58,108 nt of DNA, from sequence record DRR378314_108; one strand, 5' to 3'. Position numbers and translations under genes: made by a program. Below are positions 49,166 through 58,108 of the stretch, one piece after another. Position 1 is the first letter of the stretch, and each line of letters opens with the position of its first letter. Under the pieces are notes generated by a model, which saw only the letters and a list, made by a program, of their open reading frames with translations, was not told where the DNA came from and made no database searches.

Positions 49166-50143
49166 ATGAACGAAACCGAATTGCACCAGGACTCCATCGT
49201 CATCGATGGCCTCATCATCGCCAAGTGGGGCCGTGAACTCTTCGAGGATATGCGCAAAGGCGGGCTGACCGCCGCCAACTGCACCGTTTCCGTCTGGGAG
49301 GACTTCCAGGCCACGGTCGACAACATCGTCCTGGTTAACGAACTGATCGAAGAGAACAGCGACCTGGTGATGAAAGTCAAAACCACCGACGACATCCGCA
49401 AAGCCAAGGAACTGGGCAAGACCGGCATCATCATGGGCTTCCAGAACGCCCACGCCTTCGAAGACCAGCTCGGTTACATCCAGATCTTCAAGGACCTGGG
49501 CGTTGGCGTGGTCCAGATGTGCTACAACACCCAGAACCTCATTGGCACCGGCTGCTACGAGCGGGATGGCGGTTTGTCCGGTTTCGGCCGCGAAGTTGTC
49601 GCGGAGATGAACCGCGTCGGCATCCTGTGTGACCTTTCCCACGTTGGCAGCAAGACTTCCGAGGAAGTCATCCTCGAATCCAGGATGCCTGTCTGCTACT
49701 CCCACTGCCTTCCGTCCGGCCTGAAAGAGCACCCACGCAACAAATCCGACGAAGAACTCAAATTCATCGCTGACCATGGTGGTTTTGTCGGAGTGACCAT
49801 GTTTACACCCTTCCTCAAGAAGGGCGTTGACGCCACCATCGACGATTACGTGGAAGCCATCGCCTACATCGTCGACATTGTCGGCGAAGATCAGGTCGGC
49901 ATTGGCACCGATTTCACCCAGGGGCAGGACAAGGCCTTCTTTGACTGGCTCACCCACGACAAAGGCTACGCCCGTGAGCTGACCTATTTCGGCAAGATCG
50001 TTAACCCCGAAGGCATCCGCACCGTCGGCGAATTTCCGAACCTGACCGGAGCCCTGCTGCGAAGCGGCTTTTCCGAAGAACTCACCCGAAAGATCATGGG
50101 TGAGAACTGGCTGCGCGTCCTTGGCGAGGTATGGGGAGAATGA
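49166..50143 (+). CDS. Membrane dipeptidase-family (peptidase M19-like) protein of the dimethylglycine catabolic operon
   Basis: 'IVIDGL', 'GFQN', 'CDLSHVG', 'YSHCLP..LKEHPRNKSDEEL' and 'VGIGTDF'; occupies the usual first position of the dgc operon. Confidence 0.85.
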   Translation: MNETELHQDSIVIDGLIIAKWGRELFEDMRKGGLTAANCTVSVWEDFQATVDNIVLVNELIEENSDLVMKVKTTDDIRKAKELGKTGIIMGFQNAHAFEDQLGYIQIFKDLGVGVVQMCYNTQNLIGTGCYERDGGLSGFGREVVAEMNRVGILCDLSHVGSKTSEEVILESRMPVCYSHCLPSGLKEHPRNKSDEELKFIADHGGFVGVTMFTPFLKKGVDATIDDYVEAIAYIVDIVGEDQVGIGTDFTQGQDKAFFDWLTHDKGYARELTYFGKIVNPEGIRTVGEFPNLTGALLRSGFSEELTRKIMGENWLRVLGEVWGE

Positions 50144-50145
50144 CC

Positions 50146-50679
50146 ATGACCACGCACGCCCCCGAAATGCCCATCGAAGTGGACAGCGAGACCGGTATCT
50201 GGACCACCGACGCGTTGCCCATGCTGTATGTGCCCCGGCACTTCTTCATCAACAACCACCAGGCCATCGAAGCCGAGATTGGCCCTGAACGATACGCCGA
50301 GATTCTCTACAAGGCCGGTTACAAATCGGCCTGGCACTGGTGTGAAAAGGAAGCGGCCCTGCACGGCCTCGCAGGCAGTGAGGTGTTCGACCACTACATG
50401 AAACGGCTCTCCCAACGGGGCTGGGGCCTGTTCACCGTCGAGCATCTCGATATCGCCAGTGGTCAGGCACGGGTCCGCCTCGACCACTCCGCCTTTGTCT
50501 ACCACTACGGAAAGGTCGGACGAAAGATCGAGTACATGTTTACCGGCTGGTTCGCAGGCGCCATGGACCAGATCGCCAAAGACCTCGGATATGACGTGCG
50601 CACCCAGGCGGTCCAGACCCAAAGTGCCGCTGAAGACGGCGTCGATTTTGGCCTGTTTGAAGTTACAAAAAGGGGTTAA
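50146..50679 (+). CDS. V4R/4-vinyl-reductase-like hydrocarbon-binding protein of the dgc operon
   Basis: 'PIEVDSETGIWTTDALPMLYVPRHFF', 'RLSQRGWG' and 'YMFTGWFAGAMD'. Confidence 0.8.
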   Translation: MTTHAPEMPIEVDSETGIWTTDALPMLYVPRHFFINNHQAIEAEIGPERYAEILYKAGYKSAWHWCEKEAALHGLAGSEVFDHYMKRLSQRGWGLFTVEHLDIASGQARVRLDHSAFVYHYGKVGRKIEYMFTGWFAGAMDQIAKDLGYDVRTQAVQTQSAAEDGVDFGLFEVTKRG

Positions 50680-50681
50680 TC

Positions 50682-52745
50682 ATGTCCCAATTCGAAGCAC
50701 TCTTTCGACCGTTACAGATCAACCAGTTGACCATCCGCAACCGGGTCGTCAGCACCGCTCATGCCGAGGTCTACGCCACCGATGGCGGCATGACCACTGA
50801 TCGCTACGTCAAATACTATGAAGAGAAGGCCAAGGGCGGCTGCGGTCTGTGCATCTGCGGCGGCTCCAGCGTCGTCTCCATTGACAGCCCGCAAAGCTGG
50901 TGGAGCTCCGTCAACCTCTCCACCGACCGCATCATTCCCCATTTCCAGAATCTGGCGGAGGCGGTACACAAACATGGCGGCAAGATCATGATCCAGATCT
51001 CCCACATGGGGCGTCGCTCCCGTTGGGATGGCGAGCACTGGCCCAACCTGATGTCGCCCTCCGGCATCCGGGAACCCGTGCACCGCGCTACCTGCAAAAC
51101 CATTGAGGAAGAGGAAATCTGGCGAATCATCGGTGATTTCGCCCAGGCCGCCCGCCGTGCCAAGGAAGGCGGTCTGGATGGCGTCGAGCTTTCCGCCGTA
51201 CACCAACACATGATTGACCAGTTCTGGTCGCCACGGGTCAACAAGCGCACCGACGACTGGGGCGGCACCTTCGAAAACCGCATGCGCTTCGGTATGGAAG
51301 TGCTGAAGGCCGTACGCGAGGAAGTCGGCCGCGATTTCGTCGTCGGCATTCGCATCTGCGGTGACGAGTTCCACCCGGACGGTCTGAACCACGACGACAT
51401 GAAGCAGATCGCCAAGTACTACAACGACACCGGCCTGCTGGATTTCTTCGGGGTCGTCGGCTCCGGCTGTGACACCCATAATACCCTGGCCAACGTCATT
51501 CCCAACATGTCCTATCCGCCGGAGCCGTTCCTGCACCTGGCCGCCGGCATCAAGGAAGTGGTTGACGTGCCCGTCATCCACGCCCAGAACATCAAGGACC
51601 CGAACCAGGCCGAGCGCATCCTGGAAGCCGGCTACGTCGACTTTGTCGGCATGACCCGCGCCCACATTGCCGACCCGCACATCATTGCCAAGATCAAGAT
51701 GAACCAGGTCGACCAGATCCGTCAGTGCGTCGGCGCCAACTACTGCATCGACCGCCAGTACCAGGGTCTCGATGTGCTCTGCATCCAGAACGCCGCTACC
51801 TCCCGCGAGCATCTGGGCATGCCACACATCATCGAGAAAACCGAAGGCCCGATCCGCAAGGTGCTGGTCATAGGCGGCGGCCCCGGCGGCATGGAAGCGG
51901 CACGGGTTGCCGCCGAACGCGGCCACCAGGTCACCCTGATCGAAAAAGATGGCGAACTCGGCGGCCAGATCACCCTCGCCGCCAAGGCGCCGCAACGGGA
52001 CCAGATCGCTGGCATCACCCGTTGGTACGCCCTGGAACTGGATCGCCTTGGGGTCGAGTTACGCTTCAATACCGAAGCCGATGGCTCCCTGGTGCGGGAT
52101 ATCCGGCCGGACGTCTGTATCCTCGCCACCGGCGGCGTGCCCTTCATGGAGCAGAACCCCGAATGGGGTTTCGAGGACGGCCTGGTGGTGTCCTCCTGGG
52201 ATATCCTCAGCGGCCGGGTCGAACCGGGGCAGAACGTCCTGGTTTACGACACCATCTGCGAATTCTCGGGTATGTCTGTAGCGGACTACCTGGCCTCGAA
52301 GGGGGCCCAGGTTGAACTGGTCACCGACGACATCAAGCCCGGCGTCGGGATCGGCGGCACCACCTTCCCAACCTACTACCGCACCCTGTATGAGCGGGAA
52401 GTGATCATGAGTTCCGACATGATGCTGGAAAAGGTCTATGCCGAGGGCGACAAGAAGATCGCCGTGCTGGAAAACGAGTACACCGGGCAGAAAGAGGAAA
52501 GGGTGGTGGATCAGGTAGTGATCGAGAACGGCACCCGGCCGAACGAAGCCCTGTATTACGAGTTGAAGGCGGGCTCGATCAACAAGGGGCAGATCGATGT
52601 CGATACCCTGTTTGCCTGCAACGCCCAGCCAATCCTGGAGGAAGCCGACAAGGGAATGATCCTGTGGCGGTTGGGAGATTGCGTGTCCCAGCGGAATACA
52701 CACGCGGCGATCTATGACGCGTTGCGTTTGTGCAAGGACCTGTAA
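50682..52745 (+). CDS. dgcA: Dimethylglycine demethylation protein DgcA (old yellow enzyme-like TIM barrel plus Fe-S/FAD domain)
   Basis: 'IRNRVVSTAHAEVYATDGG', 'QFWSPRVNKRTD.WGG.FENR', 'CVGANYCIDR...CIQN' and GGGPGG. Confidence 0.9.
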   Translation: MSQFEALFRPLQINQLTIRNRVVSTAHAEVYATDGGMTTDRYVKYYEEKAKGGCGLCICGGSSVVSIDSPQSWWSSVNLSTDRIIPHFQNLAEAVHKHGGKIMIQISHMGRRSRWDGEHWPNLMSPSGIREPVHRATCKTIEEEEIWRIIGDFAQAARRAKEGGLDGVELSAVHQHMIDQFWSPRVNKRTDDWGGTFENRMRFGMEVLKAVREEVGRDFVVGIRICGDEFHPDGLNHDDMKQIAKYYNDTGLLDFFGVVGSGCDTHNTLANVIPNMSYPPEPFLHLAAGIKEVVDVPVIHAQNIKDPNQAERILEAGYVDFVGMTRAHIADPHIIAKIKMNQVDQIRQCVGANYCIDRQYQGLDVLCIQNAATSREHLGMPHIIEKTEGPIRKVLVIGGGPGGMEAARVAAERGHQVTLIEKDGELGGQITLAAKAPQRDQIAGITRWYALELDRLGVELRFNTEADGSLVRDIRPDVCILATGGVPFMEQNPEWGFEDGLVVSSWDILSGRVEPGQNVLVYDTICEFSGMSVADYLASKGAQVELVTDDIKPGVGIGGTTFPTYYRTLYEREVIMSSDMMLEKVYAEGDKKIAVLENEYTGQKEERVVDQVVIENGTRPNEALYYELKAGSINKGQIDVDTLFACNAQPILEEADKGMILWRLGDCVSQRNTHAAIYDALRLCKDL

Positions 52746-52772
52746 CTCAAGTTCGATCCAAAGAGGTACACC

Positions 52773-54713
52773 ATGCTCCCTGACTGGCTGCTCCCAGCAC
52801 TCGTGGCTACCGCACTCGCCTTGCTGGTTATCGGCGCCGTCCGCCGTATCCTTCTCTGGCGTGCGGGCCAACCCGACCCGGTGAACATTATCGCCGGGCT
52901 CATGGCCATGCCGCGCCGCTACCTGATCGACCTGCACCACGTGGTCGAGCGGGACAAAGTCATGTCCAACACCCACGTCGCCACGGCGGGCGGTTTTGTG
53001 TTGTCCATGCTGTTGATCATCCCGGTGCATCTGTTCGGCCTGGAAAGCCGGTGGCTCAGCATTCCCTTGCTGATCGCCACGGCCATCATGTTCACCGGTG
53101 CCATCTTCGTCTACCGGCGCCGGCTCAATCCACCGGCCCGCCTGTCCAGGGGGCCCTGGATGCGGCTGCCGAAAAACCTGCTGATGTTTTCCGCATCGTT
53201 TTTCCTGCTCACCCTGCTGACCTCCGGTTTCCTGCCGGAGAATTTCGGCAGTTGGGTGCTCGTGGCCATACTGCTGGTGGGCGTGACCCTGGGGCTGTCC
53301 GAAATGCTCTTTGGCATGGGCTGGGGCGGGCCGATGAAGCATGCCTTTGCGGGTGCGTTGCACCTGGCTTTCCATCGTAGGCCTGAACGTTTTGGCGGCG
53401 GCCGATCCACTGGCCTGAAACCGGTGGACCTGGACGGCAAGCTTGGCGTGGCGGACCCCAAGGATTTCAAATGGAACCAGCTTCTGGGGTTTGACGCCTG
53501 CGTACAATGCGGCCGCTGTGAAGCCGTTTGCCCGGCTTTCGCCGCTGGCCAGCCGCTGAACCCGAAGAAACTGATCCAGGATATGGTCGTGGGTCTGGCC
53601 GGGGGAACCGACGCCAACTACGCAGGCAGCCCCTATCCCGGCACCGAAGTCGGCAAGGCCCAGGGTAACCCGCACCAGCCCATTGTCGACGGCCTGGTCA
53701 ATGCCGACACCCTTTGGTCCTGTACCACCTGCCGTGCCTGTGTCGAAGAGTGTCCGATGATGATCGAGCATGTTGACGCCATCGTCGATATGCGCCGTCA
53801 CCTGACCCTGGAACGGGGTGAAACCCCGAACAAGGGTGCCGAGGTACTGGACAACCTGATCGCCACCGACAATCCCGGAGGCTACGAGCCCGGCAGCCGG
53901 ATGAACTGGGCCGCCGACCTTGACCTGCCACTGATGGCCGACAAACAGGAAGCCGAGGTGTTGTTCTGGGTGAGCGACGGCTGTTTCGACATGCGCAGCC
54001 AGCGTATCCTGCGCGCCTTCGTCAAGATCCTGAAGGCCGCGAAGGTGGACTTCGCCGTGCTCGGTAACGAGGAACGGGATTCCGGTGATGTTGCCCGCCG
54101 TTTAGGCGACGACGCCACCTTTCAGAGCCTGGCCAGACACAATATTGCCACGCTCGGTAAGTACCGTTTCCAGCGCATCGTCACCACGGACCCGCACGCA
54201 TTTCATGTGCTGAAAAACGAATACGGCGACTTTGGGGGTCACTACGAGGTCTTGCACCACAGCACCTTCATCAACGAACTGGTCGAACAGGGCCGGATTC
54301 AGTTGGACCGCTTCAAGGGTGGCACCGTTACCTACCATGATCCCTGTTACCTGGGGCGTTACAACGGCGAGTACGAGTCCCCCCGGGCGCTTCTGGGAGC
54401 CCTTGGTATCCAGGTCAGCGAGATGGAACGCTCCGGCTATCGTTCACGCTGCTGCGGCGGTGGGGGTGGGGCACCCATCACGGACATTCCGGGGGAGCAC
54501 CGCATTGCCGACATGCGTGTCGATGACGCCCGCAAGGTGGACGCCGAAACCATCGCCGTCGCCTGTCAGCAGTGTACGGCCATGCTCGAGGGCGTGGTGG
54601 AACCGCGCCCGGAAATACGTGACCTGGCGGAGCTGGTGGTTGATGGCCTGATCATCGAAGCAGCAGAACCGTCCACTCCGGCCGCCCAGCCCATCGCCGA
54701 GGAGGTGCTCTGA
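52773..54713 (+). CDS. dgcB: Dimethylglycine demethylation protein DgcB (membrane Fe-S, CCG domains)
   Basis: N-terminal TM helices, 'CVQCGRCEAVCP', 'CTTCRACVEECP', 'YHDPCYLGR' and 'CCGGGGG'. Confidence 0.9.
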   Translation: MLPDWLLPALVATALALLVIGAVRRILLWRAGQPDPVNIIAGLMAMPRRYLIDLHHVVERDKVMSNTHVATAGGFVLSMLLIIPVHLFGLESRWLSIPLLIATAIMFTGAIFVYRRRLNPPARLSRGPWMRLPKNLLMFSASFFLLTLLTSGFLPENFGSWVLVAILLVGVTLGLSEMLFGMGWGGPMKHAFAGALHLAFHRRPERFGGGRSTGLKPVDLDGKLGVADPKDFKWNQLLGFDACVQCGRCEAVCPAFAAGQPLNPKKLIQDMVVGLAGGTDANYAGSPYPGTEVGKAQGNPHQPIVDGLVNADTLWSCTTCRACVEECPMMIEHVDAIVDMRRHLTLERGETPNKGAEVLDNLIATDNPGGYEPGSRMNWAADLDLPLMADKQEAEVLFWVSDGCFDMRSQRILRAFVKILKAAKVDFAVLGNEERDSGDVARRLGDDATFQSLARHNIATLGKYRFQRIVTTDPHAFHVLKNEYGDFGGHYEVLHHSTFINELVEQGRIQLDRFKGGTVTYHDPCYLGRYNGEYESPRALLGALGIQVSEMERSGYRSRCCGGGGGAPITDIPGEHRIADMRVDDARKVDAETIAVACQQCTAMLEGVVEPRPEIRDLAELVVDGLIIEAAEPSTPAAQPIAEEVL

Positions 54714-56014
54714 TGACCGATATTCCCAGGCGCGACCCCCGTACTGAATGGATACTGCGCAATCGCCTGCATCCTCAATACGATGAGGTGATCGCCATCA
54801 ACAGCGGGCCGATGCGCGGTCCCACCGGCCTGTTGCGCAAGAATCCCCATGCCGTTGGCTTTATCGGGCCCAATGGCATCAAACGCATCGACCGCAGCGC
54901 GGGTCTGACCGGCGGCGCGGGCGGTCTTTCATTACGCGGCAAGGGGCGCTCTGCCCAGGCCGAAGCCGAGTTGCCCCTGCATCGGGTTGAGCAGCCCGAC
55001 TTCCATGTGGCCGTGGTTGTCGACCTGGCGGGTGGCCGCTTGAGCGGTCATGACAAGGACGTGCTTGGTCAGGCGCGTCAATTGGTGAAAGCCACGGAAG
55101 GCGAGGGCGCCGTGGTCGTCGTCGCCCTTGGCGAAGCGCGGGAGGCGGCCTTTGATATGGCGGGCGCCGACCGCCTGATTCATCTGACCGAGGTTCATGG
55201 CCAGCCGCTGACCGGCTACTGCCCGGAACACAAACTGGCGGTGCTTGAGGCGGTTGAAGCTGAACTCGCGCCACGCTACTGGCTGTTCCCGGATTCGGTC
55301 CACGGCGGCGCCGACCTCGGCTCGCGCCTGGCTGCCCGGCTGGGGGAACGCCCGGCCGTCCATGCCTGGCAGGTGGATGCCGAACACACCGTCTGTCGCG
55401 GTGGCAGCCAGTTGACTGACTGGCACCGACCCACGGCCCGCATGATGCTGTTGGCAGAGGAATGCGCGCTACCGATTGACGAGACCCGGCACGAAGCCAA
55501 ACCGATTGAACTGGTTTCGATTCCCAGGGTAACACCCCGGATTGAAGACCTCGGCCAGGTGGAGGTTGACCCGAGCAAGATTGCCCTTGGAGAGGCCGAA
55601 TTCATTCTCTCCGCCGGTAACGGTGTGCGCGACTGGAACCAGTTCCACGATGTGGCCACCGCCCTTGGCGCCACCGAAGGTGCCAGCCGGGTCGCCGTTG
55701 ACGACGGCAACATGCCGCGTTTCCGCCAGGTGGGCGCCACCGGCACCTGGGTTACGGCACGGGTTTATGTTGCCGTGGGTATCTCGGGGGCCATCCAGCA
55801 CATGCAGGGTATTGGCAAGTGCGACAAGGTGGTGGCCATCAACCTTGATGATGGCTGCGACATGATCAAGCGAGCCGACCTGAGTGTGATTGGTGACAGC
55901 CAGGGCATCCTTGCAGAACTGATGCAGCTGGCCCGGGCCCGTCAAAGCGGAACAGCGCCGGAGCACCACGAAGCAGTTAGCGAACCCAACGAGGAGCCCC
56001 GTCATGTTGCCTGA
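54713..56014 (+). CDS. etfA: Electron transfer flavoprotein alpha subunit
   Basis: 'GASRVAVD', 'QVGATG', 'YVAVGISGAIQHMQG' and 'VAIN.D'. Confidence 0.9.
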   Translation: MTDIPRRDPRTEWILRNRLHPQYDEVIAINSGPMRGPTGLLRKNPHAVGFIGPNGIKRIDRSAGLTGGAGGLSLRGKGRSAQAEAELPLHRVEQPDFHVAVVVDLAGGRLSGHDKDVLGQARQLVKATEGEGAVVVVALGEAREAAFDMAGADRLIHLTEVHGQPLTGYCPEHKLAVLEAVEAELAPRYWLFPDSVHGGADLGSRLAARLGERPAVHAWQVDAEHTVCRGGSQLTDWHRPTARMMLLAEECALPIDETRHEAKPIELVSIPRVTPRIEDLGQVEVDPSKIALGEAEFILSAGNGVRDWNQFHDVATALGATEGASRVAVDDGNMPRFRQVGATGTWVTARVYVAVGISGAIQHMQGIGKCDKVVAINLDDGCDMIKRADLSVIGDSQGILAELMQLARARQSGTAPEHHEAVSEPNEEPRHVA

Positions 56015-56810
56015 CTCTCTCCCTGGCCCTTTCCCTAACGCCACCCTCAAGGTCGCTTCGCTGATCTCCGTGGGCCAACACGCCAAGTCTGGCCGCGCGC
56101 GGCGGGCCAATCAGGATGCCCGGGCCGTCGAGCTCGGCCTGAAAATAGCAGGTTCCTCTTCCCGGCTTGTCCATGTCGGTGGCGGTGACGAAACCGGACT
56201 GCGCCAATACCTTGGCATGGGGTTGCCGGAAATGACCCTGCTCAAGGCTGATGCAAAGGCGGATGTCGTCCCTGTTCTGGCCAACTATCTCAAGGAACAG
56301 CCCGCCGACATCGTCCTCACCGGCATTCACGCAGAACAGGGCGAGGCCTCCGGCATGGTGCCCTACCTGCTGGCGGAACACCTCGATTGGCCCATTGTTA
56401 CCCGTGTTGCCGATATCCAGAAGGTCGAGGGCGGTATTGCCGAAGTGCTGCAGGCCCTGCCACGGGGCCAGCGCCGCCTGCTGCGCGTGCCGCTGCCGTT
56501 CATTGCCACCGTTGACAATGCCGCTCCCGAGGCGCGGCAATACGCTTTCGGCCCGGCCCGGCGTGGACTGATGGATGACATAGCGATTAACGCGCCGGTT
56601 GACGAGGCCCGGTCGGAATGGCATGAGAGTCCCGCCAAACCCCGCCCCAAGCGGCTCAACGTGGTCAAAGCAAAATCCGCCGCTGACCGGTTCAAGGCGG
56701 CCACGGCAAAACCCCAGGGGCAGGGCGGCAAAGTCATCCGTGACGGAACTGATCGGGAGAAAGCCGAGGCCATCGTGGAGCTGCTGGTTGCCGAGGGAGT
56801 GGTGAGGTAG
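56004..56810 (+). CDS. etfB: Electron transfer flavoprotein beta subunit
   Basis: 'DARAVELGL', 'YLGMG' and 'DIVLTG...EQGEASGMVPYLLAE.L.WP'; follows etfA in the dgc operon. Confidence 0.85.
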   Translation: MLPDSLPGPFPNATLKVASLISVGQHAKSGRARRANQDARAVELGLKIAGSSSRLVHVGGGDETGLRQYLGMGLPEMTLLKADAKADVVPVLANYLKEQPADIVLTGIHAEQGEASGMVPYLLAEHLDWPIVTRVADIQKVEGGIAEVLQALPRGQRRLLRVPLPFIATVDNAAPEARQYAFGPARRGLMDDIAINAPVDEARSEWHESPAKPRPKRLNVVKAKSAADRFKAATAKPQGQGGKVIRDGTDREKAEAIVELLVAEGVVR

Positions 56811-57056
56811 TTTTCCGAGGGGGCAATAATATCCCGACCTTGCCGCATTAAGACACGTAACCCCCTTTCCTTGTCGCAGTTGGAGTTCTGGCCTTATCGG
56901 CAATGCCATACCATGATCCTCGCCCGGGACAGATTGGATCGGCTGGCAGCACGGAAACCGTGCTCAGGTGAACCCCGAGATGCCGGCCTTATTCGATATG
57001 GCCTCGGGCTCTCAAAAAAAACAACCCGATAACAACGAATTATCCTGGAGAGCCCT

Positions 57057-58108
57057 ATGACCGAACGTGTGAAACCCTCGGTCGACGCTGATCGCCCTTA
57101 CGACGACGTCGATTACCAGATCGGCCAAGACAATATCCAAGTTGCCGGATTTGACGTCCACAACCCGGTGTTTGGCATCAGCGCCGCACTCATTCTTGTT
57201 TTTGTTGCAGGTACCCTGTTCGCGACCGAAGCGGCCAACGGCATGCTGTTGGGCGCCCGCGGCTGGGTGATTGAGCACTTTGACTGGCTGTTCATGGCCG
57301 GTGGCAACCTGTTTGTGATCTTCTGCCTGGCGTTGATTTTCCTGCCAGTCAGCAAGGTCCGTATTGGTGGTGACAACGCAAAGCCGGAATTTTCCACCGT
57401 GTCCTGGTTTTCAATGTTGTTTGCGGCGGGCATGGGCATCGGCTTGATGTTCTGGAGCGTGGCCGAACCCGTTGCCTACTTTACCGACTGGTATGGCACC
57501 CCGCTTGGTGTGGCCGCCAATACCGCCGAGGGCAAATCCATGGCCCTTGGTGCCACCATGTTCCATTGGGGGCTTCATCCCTGGGCCATGTACGGCATAG
57601 TCGGCCTTTCGCTGGCATTTTTTGCCTATAACAAAGGCTTGCCATTAACGATTCGTTCCGCCTTTTACCCGCTTCTCGGGAATCTTATTTGGGGACCGGT
57701 TGGCCATATAATCGATATTGTTGCCGTGTTGGCGACCATCTTTGGTCTGGCTACGTCGCTTGGCCTTGGCGCGCAACAGGCCGCCAGTGGCCTGGCCTAC
57801 CTCGGCATCGTGGAAAACGGCATCTCTACCCAAATCGGATTGATCACGTTCATCACCGCCATTGCGGTTATCTCGGTGGTTCGAGGTCTGGATGGCGGCG
57901 TTAAGGTACTCAGCAACATCAATATGGTCATTGCGTTCGTGTTGCTGCTTTTCGTGATCCTCGTGGGTTCCGTTAGCGGTTTCTTCACCAACCTCTTCGA
58001 CCTGTTCTGGTCGTATGGCAAAAACATTCTGCCCTTGAGCAACTGGGTAGGCCGGGAAGACGAGACCTGGTTCCATGGCTGGACCGTGTTCTACTGGGCC
58101 TGGTGGAT
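57057..58108 (+). CDS. BCCT-family (betaine/choline/carnitine) transporter, 3'-truncated by the window edge and absent from the ORF track
   Basis: Hand translation MTERVKPSVDAD...; contains 'PEFSTVSWFSMLFAAGMGIGLMFWSVAEP', 'FHWGLHPWA', 'FGLATSLGLG' and ends in 'WTVFYWAWW'. GGAG RBS. Confidence 0.93.
   Translation, partial: MTERVKPSVDADRPYDDVDYQIGQDNIQVAGFDVHNPVFGISAALILVFVAGTLFATEAANGMLLGARGWVIEHFDWLFMAGGNLFVIFCLALIFLPVSKVRIGGDNAKPEFSTVSWFSMLFAAGMGIGLMFWSVAEPVAYFTDWYGTPLGVAANTAEGKSMALGATMFHWGLHPWAMYGIVGLSLAFFAYNKGLPLTIRSAFYPLLGNLIWGPVGHIIDIVAVLATIFGLATSLGLGAQQAASGLAYLGIVENGISTQIGLITFITAIAVISVVRGLDGGVKVLSNINMVIAFVLLLFVILVGSVSGFFTNLFDLFWSYGKNILPLSNWVGREDETWFHGWTVFYWAWW

Noticed and set aside
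50712-53801. 427-aa and 580-aa minus-strand ORFs opposite dgcA/dgcB
   Set aside because: Antisense shadow frames caused by codon bias; no domain signatures.
54713-54960. Unusual N-terminal extension on EtfA (RRDPR.EWI.RNRLHP...)
   Set aside because: As I recall, this is typical of the EtfA proteins encoded in dgc operons, so it is not a novel fusion.
56940-56975. CTCAGG in the BCCT leader suggesting a glycine riboswitch
   Set aside because: The other conserved aptamer elements (GGAGAG...CCGAAG) are not present in the right arrangement.
1-58108. Mobile elements, prophage, CRISPR, defence systems, tRNA or rRNA
   Set aside because: No integrase, transposase, nuclease, repeat-spacer array or structural RNA signature was seen by eye; a dedicated scan could still find small remnants.

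Overview
A 58-kb bacterial chromosome window from a moderately GC-rich gammaproteobacterium. Gene content and protein style suggest a Marinobacter-like marine organism, but this is an inference. I saw no rRNA, tRNA, CRISPR array, integrase or transposase. Positions 1-15.7 kb hold the end of a type II secretion operon (gspL, gspM), a GNAT, glutathione reductase, a TonB receptor / solute-binding protein / hybrid histidine kinase module, a degenerate J-domain protein, a GntR regulator with a symporter, a Baeyer-Villiger monooxygenase, fabH and small proteins, including a 53-aa DUF1127-like ORF absent from the ORF track. Positions 15.8-21.6 kb hold the most unusual unit: a MocR regulator divergent from a TRAP transporter (dctPQM) that is followed directly by an NAD-type class II HMG-CoA reductase, a candidate mevalonate uptake and catabolism operon. 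Positions 21.6-29.8 kb hold LysR, nitroreductase, DMT and MFS transporters, a peptidoglycan-binding protein and an SBP plus chemoreceptor pair. Positions 30-58 kb are a contiguous glycine-betaine catabolic supercluster (gbcAB, dgcAB, etfAB, soxBDAG, glyA, sdaA, purU, fdhA, two GlxA/GbdR-type regulators, an orphan SBP, a dCache chemoreceptor and a BCCT transporter). Its promoters share a TGTCG half-site repeated at a 21-bp period, and a perfect FNR/ANR box lies upstream of the gbdR-like gene. Several start codons were moved from the ORF track on RBS or overlap evidence. All family assignments come from motif recognition, not database searches.
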